Shown here: positions 1-14,398 of the stretch, piece by piece
How the letters are laid out: each line of letters starts with the position of its first letter
Position numbering within the stretch: position 1 is the stretch's first letter
Source of the DNA: Chrysomallon squamiferum
Lineage: Eukaryota; Animalia; Mollusca
Assembly: GCA_012295275.1 (NCBI GenBank)
Contig: CM022666.1
Coordinates: 13,020,001-13,084,000 of the forward strand
Direction: 5' to 3'
Length of the DNA stretch: 64,000 nucleotides
The notes under the pieces: generated by a model
Told to the model about the DNA's origin: nothing
Databases searched by the model: none
Seen by the model: the letters and a program-made list of their open reading frames with translations, nothing else
Made by a program: the position numbers and the translations under genes

Positions 1-216
1 TCATTTCATTTTTTCTTCTTTTTATGTATTATCCTTTTCAAGAAATTTTAATCATCCTTTTAAAATTATATTTAATTAAAATGTAGTTATATTTTTCCTA
101 ACTTGTATTTTTGTATCTTGGGGGTTTCTTCTATTTTTTCCTCTCTTTTTTGTAGTGGTTGTTTTTCTTTTATAATTTATTTCTGTTTTTATTGTTCATA
201 TTGTTGTTGTTATTGT

Positions 217-258
<42 letters not shown>

Positions 259-1370
259 TATTATTATTATTATTATTATCATTATTACGATGATGTAAAA
301 TAAGAAAAATGCAATTTAAGTAAAATACAGAAATATAAATAAAATTAGAGTAGTCAGCTATTCCTCTGTTTATTGAATATTGACAAGAAAAAGACAAAAA
401 TACTGGTGCGTGTGTGTGTGTTATAGTACTTGAAACCACAATCACACAACACATTCTTACATAAACTCAGTCTCACATATACACATACATTCAACACACA
501 TTTATAGATGCATATACATATATATACAAATACAACACTCAAACAAACACAAACACACATAATCACACACATACATACACTATATACACATACATACATA
601 CATGCACATGCACACAGACACACATACATACACACACATGCACACCCTACACACATACACACTTGCACACACACACATATACCACACCACCATATACTAA
701 CCTGTACATAAATTCCCTGACACCTCACAACCAATGTTTAATCTGTAACCAGGCTGAACTGTAAGTAGAGAAAGTGAGAGAAAAACAAATAATCTTCACC
801 TTGATCTGTGAACTGACAGGTATGTGTGAATCGTTTCATAGACTGGAGGCCATTCAAACAACTCAGGAATTTCTTACAGAATGTCACTCTCCATCCATCA
901 GTTCAGTCAGAGCAGATTAAATGTAAAACAAAAACCCATCTGAGGCCTTCAGTTATTACATAACATTAATCCCAGGTTGAATATAGGCTCCAGCACTGCA
1001 TTCATTACTTGTAAATCAGAAATAACAATCGTTATGTAAGACGGGTTGGTTAGAAGTTGTTTTTGTGTTATTTTTTTTTATTTATTTATTTTATTAATTT
1101 ATATATTTTATTTTATTTTATTTTATTTTATTTTATTTTATTTATTTATTTATTTATTTTATTTTATTTTATTTTATTTTTTATTTCTTTCTTCTTTTTT
1201 ATTTTTTCATTTATTTATTTTATTATTTTTTTTTTTATTATTATTTTTATTATTATTATTATATTTTATTTATTAACAATAAGTCATGTTTGGAAATTTT
1301 ATTTTTTAGATATTTTACAATGTTTAAATGTAAATTTGTTTTTTTTATGTATTCCATTTGTTTTGTTTGT

Positions 1371-1410
<40 letters not shown>

Positions 1411-1548
1411 CACACACACATTCAGTGCATACATGTATCACATATTGCATATATGGGAAGTTACACAAAAAAACAAAAAACCTTCCTGCTTCCTAATAAA
1501 TATCATGTAGTTTCCACTCATTTTGTCTTTACATGAGAAATATATTAC

Positions 1549-1591
<43 letters not shown>

Positions 1592-1639
1592 TATTATTAG
1601 TATTATTACTACTATTATTCTCTTTTTTTTGATGGGTTG

Positions 1640-1900
1640 TTGACTATATTATTAGGACAGCTGTCACTGTGAATGACTCTATTTCTCTGTAGATCACTTC
1701 TTGTGCCTACAGCTTCTTCTGGAGAGTTGTTGTAGTTGTCCAGGCAGTCTCCCTCAGCTGCTGCAGGTTAATGCAGTTTAGGATGACATGTTCAGATGTC
1801 CAGTTGTCTGTTCTGCTTCTCCAAAGGAGCACTTGGAAGAAGATAACAGTTGGAAGCTCTTATATATGTGCTGGCTGAGCCTGTTGTGTCCTGTCCCCCT
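1640..1900 (-). mobile_element. Degraded 3' fragment of a non-LTR retrotransposon (I/Ingi/Nimb-like ORF C-terminal zinc-knuckle region)
   Basis: The minus strand translates, with frameshifts and a stop, to GTGHNRLSQHIYKSFQL..SSKCSFGEAEQTT..EHVILNCINLQQLRETAWTTTTTLQKKL*. This resembles the RTGH...CxCG..EQTxEH...C motif that follows RNase H in I-group LINEs. An A-rich/(TAA)n tail follows. Confidence 0.65.
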
Positions 1901-2101
1901 GCTACTATTATTATTATTCTAATTATTAAATTATTATTATTACTGTTGTTGTTGTTATTATTTTTATTATTAAATTATTATTATTATTATTATTATTATT
2001 ATTGCTATTATTTGGGTTATTAATTTATTATTATTATTATTATCCTTTTAATTATTATCATTGTTATTGTTATTATTAAGTTATTATTATTATTACTGTT
2101 G

Positions 2102-2145
<44 letters not shown>

Positions 2146-3214
2146 GTTATTATTATTATTATTATCCATCTACCTCTACAGTATGTTCATTTTTATCTAC
2201 CTGTCATTTCAACTCAGTGTATTCATGAAAACACTAACTGTCCAGACAATACAGGTGACCATAACTCAGGGTTTATCTTTCTTGGAACAAGCACAGGATA
2301 AAATGTGTTTGTGAAGTGACTGCTTGTCTTAGCAAGGTTTTCAGAAGCGGCTTTGCAAATACATCATGTTTGTTCAGTTTTTCTCAAATAATCCTCCATG
2401 TTGTTTTTTTGCTGGAAATAAAAACAAGATTTTTTTTGCTCGGTACAGAAACGAGTGTAGAGTGTTTGATGGTTGCTGTTCTCTGTTAGAGTCACTTGTT
2501 TGTCATCTGTAGTAAAAATGGCAGTTGAATGTTAATTATGATGAATTACAGTGTGAAGAATTAATGGATAAATTTGCATATCAACATTTTAGTCCTGTTT
2601 GTTATACCTGGTTGTTAGGTGTTGTATACTTGTGTGTGTGTATACACACATACACACATGGACATATAGAACATATACACATATACACATACCTTTATAT
2701 GAGGTACATTGAAATATTTAATATTATATTGGTTAAGTAATGTTTGTGTGTTTGAGAGAGAGAAAGGGAGGAAGACAGTGTGTGTGTGTGTGTGTTATAC
2801 ATATAGAAATACATATATATATACATACATGCTTATGTATATATGAGAGGTTCCCAATCTTTTTTTTTTTCTGTCCTCTTTACCCCTGACAACATTTTAA
2901 AAGTACATTTACCCACACCCTTTTTTCTTCTTTTTTTTTTTTTTTTCTAATATCAGACATAAAGCTGGCTTTGTATATAGTTGAAATGACATATTTGTAC
3001 ATGATAGATAAATATTATAAACTGTTCAGCTTTATTTGCTTGAACCTTTTTAATCTACAATTACATTAGATCAACTAACTAAACAAGGAAGTTTACTTTT
3101 CTCCTAACAAATTGAAATTATAGATATTAATAAGAGAATTCTTAAGTCTGTATTAAGGTTTGAACCACTAGTCTTTGTGAAATAGTTTCAAATGGTAAAT
3201 ACATTATCTTTATT

Positions 3215-4020
3215 CTCTTCCATACTCTTTATTTTTGGATTTATTATTATTGTAACTTTATCATAACCTGAATTATTATTACTATTAAATACAGAATTAA
3301 TTTCTTTGGCCTATAAGGATGGCTAAGTAAATTGTTTGTTATTTCTACTACAAACTCTTCTGAATTTATTTTATTTTCACACATATTAAACACTTTTTTA
3401 TAGAATATCCATTAAACACTGAATTAATTAGTTTGGCCTGTAAGTATGACCATTTGAATTGTCCATTCTTGTATTTCTACTGTAATCTGCACCTTTCTTC
3501 ATCATAATCTCAATTTGTTTGTATTTCACATTTGTTAAGCACATTATAGATTTTGAATCCATTAGATGCAAAAGTAATTTGTTTGCCCTGTAAGTAAATT
3601 ATCCTTTTATCTATATGCTACTGTAACCTAGACCCTATCTTTTTTTATTTATCATAATCTGAATTCATTATATTTCCACACATGTGAAACACGTTATATC
3701 TCTGATAGGCATTAAACACAGAATTAATTTGTTTGGTCTATAAATAAATTATCCCTTCTATTTGCTATCCCCAACTCCCCTATCTTCATCCTGATCTGAA
3801 TTTATTTTATTTCCACGCATGTTAAACACATTATATACAATATGCATTAAATACAGAATTAATTTGTTTGGCCTGCAAATATATTGTCCCTTCTTCTACT
3901 TCCTATCCCCCAACTCCCCTATCTTCATCCTGATCTAAATGTATTTTATTTTCACATGTTAAACACCTCATATACGAGGTCCATTAAACACAGAATTAAT
4001 TTGTTTGGCCTATGAGTGTG
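3215..4020. repeat. Degenerate minisatellite, about 6 units of 128-150 bp
   Basis: The core TTAAA(C/T)ACAGAATTAATTTGTTTGGCCT and variants recur at about 3284, 3412, 3562, 3712, 3847 and 3983. Confidence 0.85.
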
Positions 4021-6867
4021 GCTTCAATATCCCCGTGGCCACAGCAAGTTGTTTCGTGTGTCACTGCCTCACACATTTGTTGACAGGCCTGGCAGACGTC
4101 ACACCATGATTTACTGCAACCATCTGTTACCTTTGTCAGTCACAGACCTGTCTTAACTTCCCCAAACTCAAAACTGCAAACTCTGTCAACAAGAACAGAC
4201 TCTTAAATTGATTCTGGTGAGTTGGTTTATTTGAAAATATACTCTTTTTAGCATAAAAATTGCATTTTTACATGTGTTAGATTTTTATGTCAAATATTTG
4301 TGAAATTTATTCTTTTCTTTTTTTTTTTTTATTCATAAAACCTCTCATGCTCTATATGTTAAATTGTATGTCCATGTAGTTATCAAAGATTTGTAAAATG
4401 TATTCTTTTGTTTTTCTTTCTTTTTTTTAAATTTCACAATGATTCATGTGTGATAGATCTCATGTTCGACCAGAACAAAGATTTAAAAATTTATTTCTTT
4501 TTAGTTTAAAAAAATTTGCATTCTGACATGTTGTATGTGATAGAATTTATAACCAGGTGTCATAGATTTTTCAAATTTATTATTATTATTTTTTTTTTTT
4601 AGATCTTTCAATGTGTCACATCTGTTAGGTTTTATGTTCCAATAATATGATAATGTGATTGATTTTAAAATTTATTTTAAAAAAAAAAAAAAAAAAATAA
4701 TAATAATAATAATAAATTAGATCTGTCATCTTTTATGTCCAAATTATTCTGAGACAGACAGACAGAAAGAGGGAGGGAGGGAGAGGAAATCTGATGACAA
4801 AATTAAAATTTCATAACTTCATAATCTCATCTGTTTACCAAGTATTTAACACCTCAATCAACAAACCTTCCTAAAATGTCATTAATGTCAGAAGTCAACA
4901 AAACCTTACAAATGTCTGTGTATATAAATACTAGTATTGTCAGAACTGCATGGCTCTGTGTTAGCATTGTGTACACATACATGTGTTTGCTGACCTGACC
5001 TGTTTTTAAAGTGAGAATGTGAACTTATAATCCCACTTCTGGTCAGTTCATTCAGGTGGGCTGTGTTTGTAGCTGGTTTGTATAACAGACCAGGTGTCAA
5101 CTGCAGCCATTGTTAATATTAAAAATGTCTCTCTCAGTAAAACAGAGCATGAAGTGGATGTATATGACAAGTTCATATTTACATGAGAAAGAGAAAGAAA
5201 ACTGATAAAATTCCTCAAATTATTTTATGCTGGGTAAAAATGGAGAAAGATATTGATTTTGTTTGTTTTTTTGATTTTTTTTTTTATCCTCCTTTGACAT
5301 CTGGATATTGTTGCTGCAGATTCTTAAATATCTTTTTATTGTTGTTGTTGTTGTTTTAATTATTATAATTTTAGTTGTTGTTATATTATAAGACAAATTT
5401 AAAAAATATATATATATAATAATATTGTCCTCACATATTTTATTATTATCATCATCATCATTTTTTTTAATTGTTATTGTTATTATTATTAATATAATCA
5501 TTATATAGACAGAATTAATATATTCTAATATTTCTAACTTGCAGAAAGTAGGTGACTGTGATATATATTTATATACAATTATGTTTTATTTTTTAAATTT
5601 TATTTATTATTTTTTTAAAAATAATAAACACTTTTATAATTGCTATCAGTCTGTTTTTTTTTACCTGTATACAATTGCAGTCCACTTAAAGATATTTCTA
5701 CTTTTTTTTTTTTTTTTTTTCTGGCTGCAAAAAAACAACATAATTATGATCCTCTACAAACTTAGACTATCATTTGTTATTAAAAAGAAAACATGTTGAA
5801 TAAGAAAAAAAGTATACTCGTGTATGTATAAACTGTAGACTCATAAAAAATGTAAGATATGTAAGAGATAACAAAAAAATCTCCAATCTGCGACCTAACA
5901 AGAACATTTCATTCATTAAGCCTACTCATTTTTTTTTTTTTTTATCAGTTATCCGAAACTACTGGTGCAAAAAATTCTGATAACAGGAACTGTAGCTACG
6001 TTTTGTTGGATGGAGTTACTTCCCTTTACTGTCAAAAATAATTTATGGCGATGTTGTTCGATTTTTATTTTTTATTTTTATTTATTTATTTATTTATTTA
6101 TTTGTTGTAATTTGGCTTAGTTTCAAGTATATGCTGTTACTGATGCTGAGTTATTTTAGACATAAACATGTTTTGTTTTGGAAAAAAATGTGTAACTGTA
6201 AAAACGTATATTATTTACTTCTTGTTGCTTTTCTTTTCTTTTTTTTTTTTTTTACTATTATTAGTATTATTTATTTATTTATTTATTTATTTTTGTCATA
6301 TTTATACTCTTGCTAGTATGCATTATTTTTTCTTGAAATAAAAGATCTTCTGGCATAGGAATGTTTCCTTATTAAGATATTCATCATTATCATCTACATC
6401 ATATCAAATGAAACACGTTTCATTATAATTCATATGATTTTCTTAAGAATCTTTTAATAAACCACATCTTATTATTATTTCACAGAATTTATTCTACACA
6501 TCTTCATAAAATGAAACATATTTCATTATTATTTCGGTATATATCATGAAATGAATCATGATTTTTCATCATTTTCTTCTGAATTGTTAGCTTGATCATT
6601 ACAATTTTCATAATCATCAAAATGAAACAAATTCATGATGTGAACCATTATCAGTATAAACAAAAAAAAATAATAAAAAATAAATAAAAATATAATGATG
6701 ATAACAACAGTAATAATGATGTGTTAACAATAATAATAATGATAAAAACAAGTTTTAATGATGATGATGATGATAACAACATTATTTTTAAACAGTCCAG
6801 ACATAATATAACCGAGTCTTTCTAAAAATGTTTATTGTGTTTCAGAAATAACAGTTTGAAATACAAC

Positions 6868-9800
6868 ATGGGTAACTGGCGATCTCAGCCATACATTGTT
6901 GATGAATATGATTCTGAAGGTGAAGAGTTTGCATCTGCTGTGTGTAATGAAACTAGTGCTGAAGTGATTAAGAAAGAAGATAATTTAACTTCTGATGATA
7001 GTGGGACTTCTTTAGAAGAACAGATATCTCTAGAAAATCAGGCATCTCCAGAAAACCAGACATCTGTAGAAAACCAGACACAGAAAACACCTGTAGAATG
7101 CCAGGCGTCTGTGGATGTGAACATAATCAGCACTCTGGTGCGCGAGGTTGAGGAGCTGCTGTCACATCTGGCCAATGAGGACTACCAGGCAGCCAGTCAG
7201 GTAGCTCAGTCGCTCAGGTGTGGAACTCAGGGTATGAGCAGCACAACCAGAGAAGGTCAGTGTTACACATGCATGCATGCACCTACACATGCACATGCAC
7301 ACTCTCACACACACAGTGATGTCATTTGGGACAGTTGTGTGTGTATGTTTAGAGATTTGAATATTTTGTTTTGAGATTTGTTGTTAAGATATTTGAAGAG
7401 CTAATAACTAGGTTAAATGTATTTATATATATATTTTTTTAATTCTTTGTTCTGCTAAATTTATTTATATTTATTTTTATTATTCCTTTATTCTTAAAAA
7501 TGTATTGATATTTATTTTTTTAAGTTTGTTTAAATTTTTATAATTATTTTATATTATTCACAGAAAAAAGCAAAGAGAAAACAACACCAAAACGAACCAT
7601 TCCAAAGCTGAGAATAAGAACGAAATCGAGGACAGAGAGTAATTCACCAGACGTGGGCAGAAAACAGATGAATAGTCCTCTTGAAAGTGAAACACTAGAA
7701 ACAGAATGTGAGATGAGTCCTGAACAGAATGAAACACTACACACTTCAAATGAAACACTAAACACTGAACTTTGTAACAGTCCTCTACAACGAAAAACTT
7801 GTGTTGAATATGATAACGGTTCTGATAAAAATGAAACACTCTATGAATCAGAGAACAGTCAGATCCAAAATGAAAGCCTCTCACCTACTCACACATTCGA
7901 GTTAACTGAATTTGATGATTCCATTTTGAGAAAAGAAGATGATGTCGTATTCTGTGAAGCAGATCTTTCAAGACAATCAGATTCTAATGACGTCAGTTGG
8001 AACAGTGCTAAAGAGAACAATTTTAACGAGAACAACACGAGCCAGGTTTCTGATCAGACTGAATGTCAGAGGCAGTTAAACATGACAAGTGGATCAAGCA
8101 AGAAGGAGCACAATTTAGCTTGGGAAATTGATTTTAACAGCACAAGTGAAAAGAAACAGACAAAAAAGAAATCAGGTAACTTTATTTTGAAATATGCTTT
8201 TTTAATTCTTTCAATGAAAATAATTTTTAAACTTTAATTTTATGATTTTTTATTTGAATAATGTGTATTCACATCAAAGCTTAAATTTTTAAACCACTTT
8301 ATTTATTTAAATTCATTTTTAAACCACTTTATTTATTTAAATTCATTTTTAAAAACTTCATTATTATTATCATCTCTTATCATTTTTTTCAAGCCATTCC
8401 TTCATTGAGCAATCACTCTGGCAAAGATGTTTCCATGGAGACCATACCCTATGAACCACCCAGAGTGTCAGTGACCTTGGAAGATATAGTTATGCGCCAT
8501 GTGTTAGATACAAAGAGATGGTATGTAGTGTGCTGAAATAATTCCTATTTTATATATAGTTTTTATACCTTATGACCATGATTTAATGAACAAAATAACT
8601 AATTTTGATAATTTTACTTTTATTTATCATTTGGTTTATCACACACACACACAGACACATGTACATATATACAACACACACACATTGTATAAATAGGTGT
8701 TGAATGTATATGTTTGTATATATGAATGAGTGACTGTGATTGTCTGGGCATATATTTTTGGCGTTAATTTTTGATGGAGCGATGGCTGATGGTTTTTCAT
8801 TTATGGAATGTGAGATTTTCTGGTAACTACAAACAAAAGCTTGTTTTCAGTTTTTATCTTTTTCTTTATTTCTTTATTTCTTTATTTATTTGTTCATTTA
8901 TTTATTTTATTTTTAATTTTAATTTTTATTTTATTTTTTTATTTTTTATTTTTTATTTATTTATTTTTTTTTTCATTATTATTATTAATTTTTTTTTTTC
9001 TCCTGTCAGGTACTGTATGAGCAGACCTCAGTACAAGAAGTCTTGTGGTCTCTCAGCCTTGGTTTCATGTTGGAACTACCTGTTCAGTTCACTGGGACAT
9101 GGAAGGTTCGTGTTATTTGCTTTAAACTGGGTCACAACGTTTTTTTTGTCAGAAAGAGCTGTTGATATATTAATATAAACAAAGTGCCATCTGTCAGTGA
9201 AAGCTATTGTTCAAATGATTATAGTTTAGTTGGGGTTTTTCTAGTCCTGTTAAAACCAGACAAATTGTTAAATGAGTTTAATATTATGATTTTGATTTAT
9301 AAGTAAACTGAATTTAATTGAAGTTTAATAAAATTATTTTGTTTATTTGATTAGAAATTGGTTTTCATCTTTCAATTTTTCTTTGTTTTTAGTGTTCTTT
9401 TTTGTTTGTTTGTTTGTGTGTTATATATATATATATATATTTGGTTTTTATATATGGCTAAAACAATTTCTTTAAATGCTGCATTTTTTGTATAAACTTT
9501 TAATTAAATGCTATTTCTGTTATCATTATTGTTAATATTTGGTTCAGAGATTAATTAAAATTTGAATTATAAATTATAAAGTTTCAGTTAATTAAAATTT
9601 GAATTATAGATTATAAAGTTTCAGTTTATTAAAATTTGAATTAAAATTTTTAAAATTACAGTTAAATAAAATTTAAATGATAAATTTAAAAATTTGAGTT
9701 ATTAAAATTTGAGATATAAATTTTAAAATTTCAGTTTTTAATTAAAATTTAAATGACAAATTTTAGAATTTCAGTTAATTAAAATTTAATTATATAAATT

Positions 9801-10665
9801 TTAAAATTTCAGTCACCAGCCTATCACACAAGAAGAAGCTCTGACAATTCTCGGATTTAAACCTCCATTTGCAGAAATACGATTTGGTCCTTTCACTGGC
9901 AACATCACTTTAATGAAGTGAGTTCTAGAATAAACATTATACAGTTAATGTGAAATTAATATTAATGTTTAAGATGAGATTAATTATATTCTTATTATTT
10001 GAAAATTAAATAAATATTTAATAAGAGAAAATAAGCATAAAATCTAATAAATATTAATGATATCTTCAGTACATTTTGTTATTGCTATTTTTTTTACTTT
10101 ATCAGCTTTTATTTATGGTATTGTTGTGTTTTTTTTTTTTTTTTTTCTGTTGTATGTTTTTATAAATTTATCTTCTCAAAGAACAGTTAAATAATTACAT
10201 CATAAAGTTAATTAATTTTTTTTTATAATATTCTTATTTTAATAAATATTTTTATCTTCCATTTCTTTTTATTTATTTATTTTTCCATTTTATTGTATTA
10301 TTTATTTACTTTATAATTATTATATTACTTTATTGTATTCTTTATTGTTTTCTTTTTCTTTTCCTTTTTTCTTTCTTTTTTCTTTTTTTTTCTAATAAAT
10401 ATTTAAAAACTTTTCACAGATGGTTTCGTAAACTGAATGACTATTTCAAAGTGAAAGGGCGATGCTACTTTCTATACAAACCTGTTGGAAAAAACAAAAC
10501 ATATGGAACAACCTCAGCTGATGCCCTGGCTTCACTGAAAAAAGGTCTGAAAGATTCAGGAACAAGTTTTATTTACCACTGTAATAACCATTATTTCTGT
10601 CCCATTGGATACGAAGATACTCCATTAGAATGTGAAAAAGCATACAGGTATTTGTTTGTTTGTAT

Positions 10666-10696
<31 letters not shown>

Positions 10697-12023
10697 TTTA
10701 TTATTATTATTATTATCATTATTATATTGATAACAGATTATCTTAAGGTGAAAAATAGCAACTAATGATTATCTTAAGGTGAATAGTGAATGATCTTTAA
10801 GTCAGACAATAATTAATATTAAAACTAAGATGGCAAGAGTTGGATTGTGAAAATTGTTTGATTTAAAAACTGTACTGTCTTTGTGGATATCAAAATACAT
10901 TGCCCAGCTCTGTACTTTAGAATCTGATGTTAGTTTACACAACTGATAAATATTAATATTAATTTGAATTAACAGGTGAAAATTGGTGTGTATGTTTGGG
11001 GGGTGGGGAAGGTGAATGAGTGTGTGAATGTGAGTTAGTTTATTTCTAATTGAAAAGAGCAGTCTGTGTTACATACAGATACAAATATATCCATGAATTT
11101 ACATGTAGACAAGTTTAATTTTACTCTGTGTTGAAAGAGAGGTGTGGAATGTGAGGCAAATAACTGTATGAGAACTAAATTTTATTCAATATTTTTCCAG
11201 TGGAATATTGCCACAGGAAGAAGTTGAAACATGGATTTACATTGGTGAAACAAGTCGAAAGCATCCAGCAATCCACTGCAAGAAGTAAGCTATAATAATG
11301 TTTTGTATGTGTCTGAGTGTGTATGTATGTGTGTCTGTGTGTGTGTTTCTGTGTGTGTGTGTGTGTGTTTGCTGTATTTGTGTATTCATGTGTGTGTTTC
11401 TTTGTAGCTTGTATTATAGAAAAGGAAAGAACAAAAGATAAAGTGAGAGGGAGAGAGAGAGATTGATTTTCTAACTAAATAAAGTAGCCCTGAAATAGCA
11501 ACAAAAACATTCCATCTTTGATAGATTCATTATATAGTCTACATTTGATATTGTTAAAATTAAAATGTTTTAATTAACAAATACTCTCATTTTTTTTCAT
11601 TTTATTTGTTTAATTGTTTTATTCATCTGTTCATTTTATTCATTTGTTCATTTTATTCATTCACTCTTCTCAATTAACAGATGGTCCGACATCTCGACCG
11701 ATCTTAACTGTAAAAGTCCAGAGTTTCTGAACATTCGTGAACTTTGGAAAGGAGTCCAGAAGAGAAACACAAAGAAAGTTGGTGGCAATCTCCACTGTAT
11801 AATGTCATTCCAACGCAGTCAAAACACCATTCCGAAAAGAACACTGATTCCCAGAGTTTCAAATCTACCAGTGCGAAGAACAAGCAGTAACAGTTCCAGT
11901 ACTGATGGTGAAGGAAACAAGTCTCCTGGTGTCCTGCTGGGGAGAGCAAGAGAAGAGGAGGAATTTAATAACTACGAAGAAGAGGAAGTAGAAAGTGGCT
12001 GGGATGATGAAGATGAAGAATAA
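6868..12023 (+). CDS. BIVM: Basic immunoglobulin-like variable motif-containing protein (BIVM), 8 coding exons
   Basis: Exons 6868-7255, 7564-8175, 8394-8520, 9010-9105, 9813-9917, 10420-10647, 11201-11284, 11681-12023, all GT-AG and phase-compatible. The spliced protein contains [66 protein letters not shown] and KVGGNLHCI, matching the conserved BIVM domain. The acidic N-terminal exons are less certain. Confidence 0.92.
9540..9812 (+). repeat. AT-rich minisatellite (about 30-bp unit) ending at a BIVM splice acceptor
   Basis: Units like TTCAGTTAATTAAAATTTGAATTATAAATTATAAAGT repeat about 8-9 times. Confidence 0.8.
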
Positions 12024-12282
12024 TTAAAAAATAATTAATTGTTTCTGTTTGACTCGAATATATATATATATATATATTTTTATAAATTTTCTATTCTATA
12101 TTTAAAGATAATGAGAAAATATTAATATATAAAATATAATTATTTTTGATATTTTAATATTTAAAAAATAAATTAACAATTGTGTTATTTATTTTTGTTT
12201 TTTTTTTTTTTTTTTTAAATTGTGGCCATCCTAGTTTTAAACTAATAAGTTTCTAGGTATTTAAATGTTTAAGTATATATAA

Positions 12283-12337
<55 letters not shown>

Positions 12338-13495
12338 GATATATAGACACACACACACACACACACATATATACATTAAATATGTCTTTAAAAATAATAA
12401 CATTCTATACTGTTTTTCTTTATATCCATGATCTCTCAGAGTTATGTCCCTTACATATAAAATTTGTTTGAATCTCTTGTTATTCATTAACAGCAATGTT
12501 AATATCAGTTCTCAATGATTTAGAGATTTGGGAAGTTCATTAAATAAAAGTATATTTATTTTATAATACTTTATATCATAATTTTTATCACTAATTTTAT
12601 CATAATGTGTACCATACTGTTTATCCTAATTTTATTATTATATTTGTCATCATTTTATTTCAGTATATATCAAAATATTATCAAAATTGTATCATAATTT
12701 TAGTTACGGTTCTGAACTCTTAAAATTTTATAAACTAAAAAAATGTTGCATAATAAAAAAGTTTTATGAAATACTGCAGATTTGAATCAAACACATTTAA
12801 ATAATTAAAAATAAAATTATTTTTAAAAATTTTACTTCTTAGCTAGTACCATTAATTTTTAGAATGTGACTGTCATACTTCTGATCATGTATTTTTATTT
12901 TTTTATTTTTTTTTTTTCACATTTTTATTCATTAAACCATATATGGAATACTCTATCTCTGATTAAAAGAATGTGTTATGGATGTTACAGGAGAAAGTAA
13001 ATGTTTTACAATTAGCTGGATGGACTGACAGATGGATGTACAAAAAGGTAGAAAACAAAATTATTGCCACATCACTGTATCACAAGATTTTATTTCATTT
13101 GGATAAAAACAATTGGTTCTGACAGCAGAAAGATAAATGGATTAACTGGAATTTGTAGAAAAAAAAAAAATGGATTATTTGACAAAAGGAAAATGGATGG
13201 ATATACTGAATTTTCTTGAACAAGATGCAAATGAGTGGATTGAAAGACAGTTGTTGATATTTAGAAAAATGAATTAAGTTTGCTGTGTGCTAATAGTCTG
13301 GGTATAGAAGAAATGAGATTTATTTTAAGATTTAGGAAATCTGTAAGTTTGAATTTTATGGTTTTTACAATAAGAAATTATATATTAATGCAAATAATTA
13401 CAGTTGACCTTGAAATACTAACTACTTTTTGTTTTTTTGTTTTTTCTTCATCTTATTCCACCTTCTCCTTGTTTTTCTTCTTCTTCTTCTTTTCA

Positions 13496-13553
<58 letters not shown>

Positions 13554-14014
13554 TGGTATTATTATTATCATTATTACTACTACTATTATCTTATTATTAA
13601 TATTATTATTAAACATATTATTAATACATCATATAATATTATTTTTATTAAATCACATTACAATGGCTACATGATAATAATTTACATCTGAGTTCACATA
13701 AACTGTATTAAACTAAAATTCTTATTTTTTAAATTTTGTTTTCAGTAATTAAAGAGTTACACATAACAAAAACATTCCTTGATTTCAGAGTATATTTAAT
13801 ATTGACAAGATCTCATACCATGTGGAATTTGACTGCATAAATACTTGTTTTACCTTTTCATTATGTTTTTAATATATAATTAGCCTAATAGTAATTTCAA
13901 AGAAGGTTGATTTATGGTAATGTGTAATTGTTTTTCCAAATAATTTTTTCATTTTCTTTATTAAAGATAAAATTTAAGCCAAACAAAATGTTATAGTTTC
14001 ATTTATCCATTCAA

Positions 14015-14082
<68 letters not shown>

Positions 14083-14398
14083 TTATTATTATATTGACTG
14101 AATATTCAGAACACATTTAGTTCAGACATTTACAATGAGTGTATTAAATGCAGGATATTGTAATAACGGTATTGTATTAAATATACATTCTGAAATGTTT
14201 ATGGGATATTAAAGCAATAACATTAAATTAAATTTTTGTTTTATTGTTTTGTATTCAGGGAGGTCTGAACGTGTGTGTATGTGTGTGTATATATATAGGG
14301 GTTGCTTTTTGTATTATTTTATTTATTCATGTCAGGTGCACTCTAACTGAAAACAGAACTCATAAAAGTTAAAAAATAATTTAATTGAAAAAGAATTA

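Noticed and set aside
800-1020. Possible coding exon in a higher-GC patch
   Set aside because: I found no frame with both credible splice sites and a recognisable peptide. The similar patches at 2160-2560 and 4020-4230 are also unassigned.
103-1536. ORFs rich in poly-N/Y/H-T/C-V (also at 12269-13691, 15720-17242, 60388-61481)
   Set aside because: They are translations of (TAA)n, (TTA)n and (CA)n microsatellites with no protein-like content.
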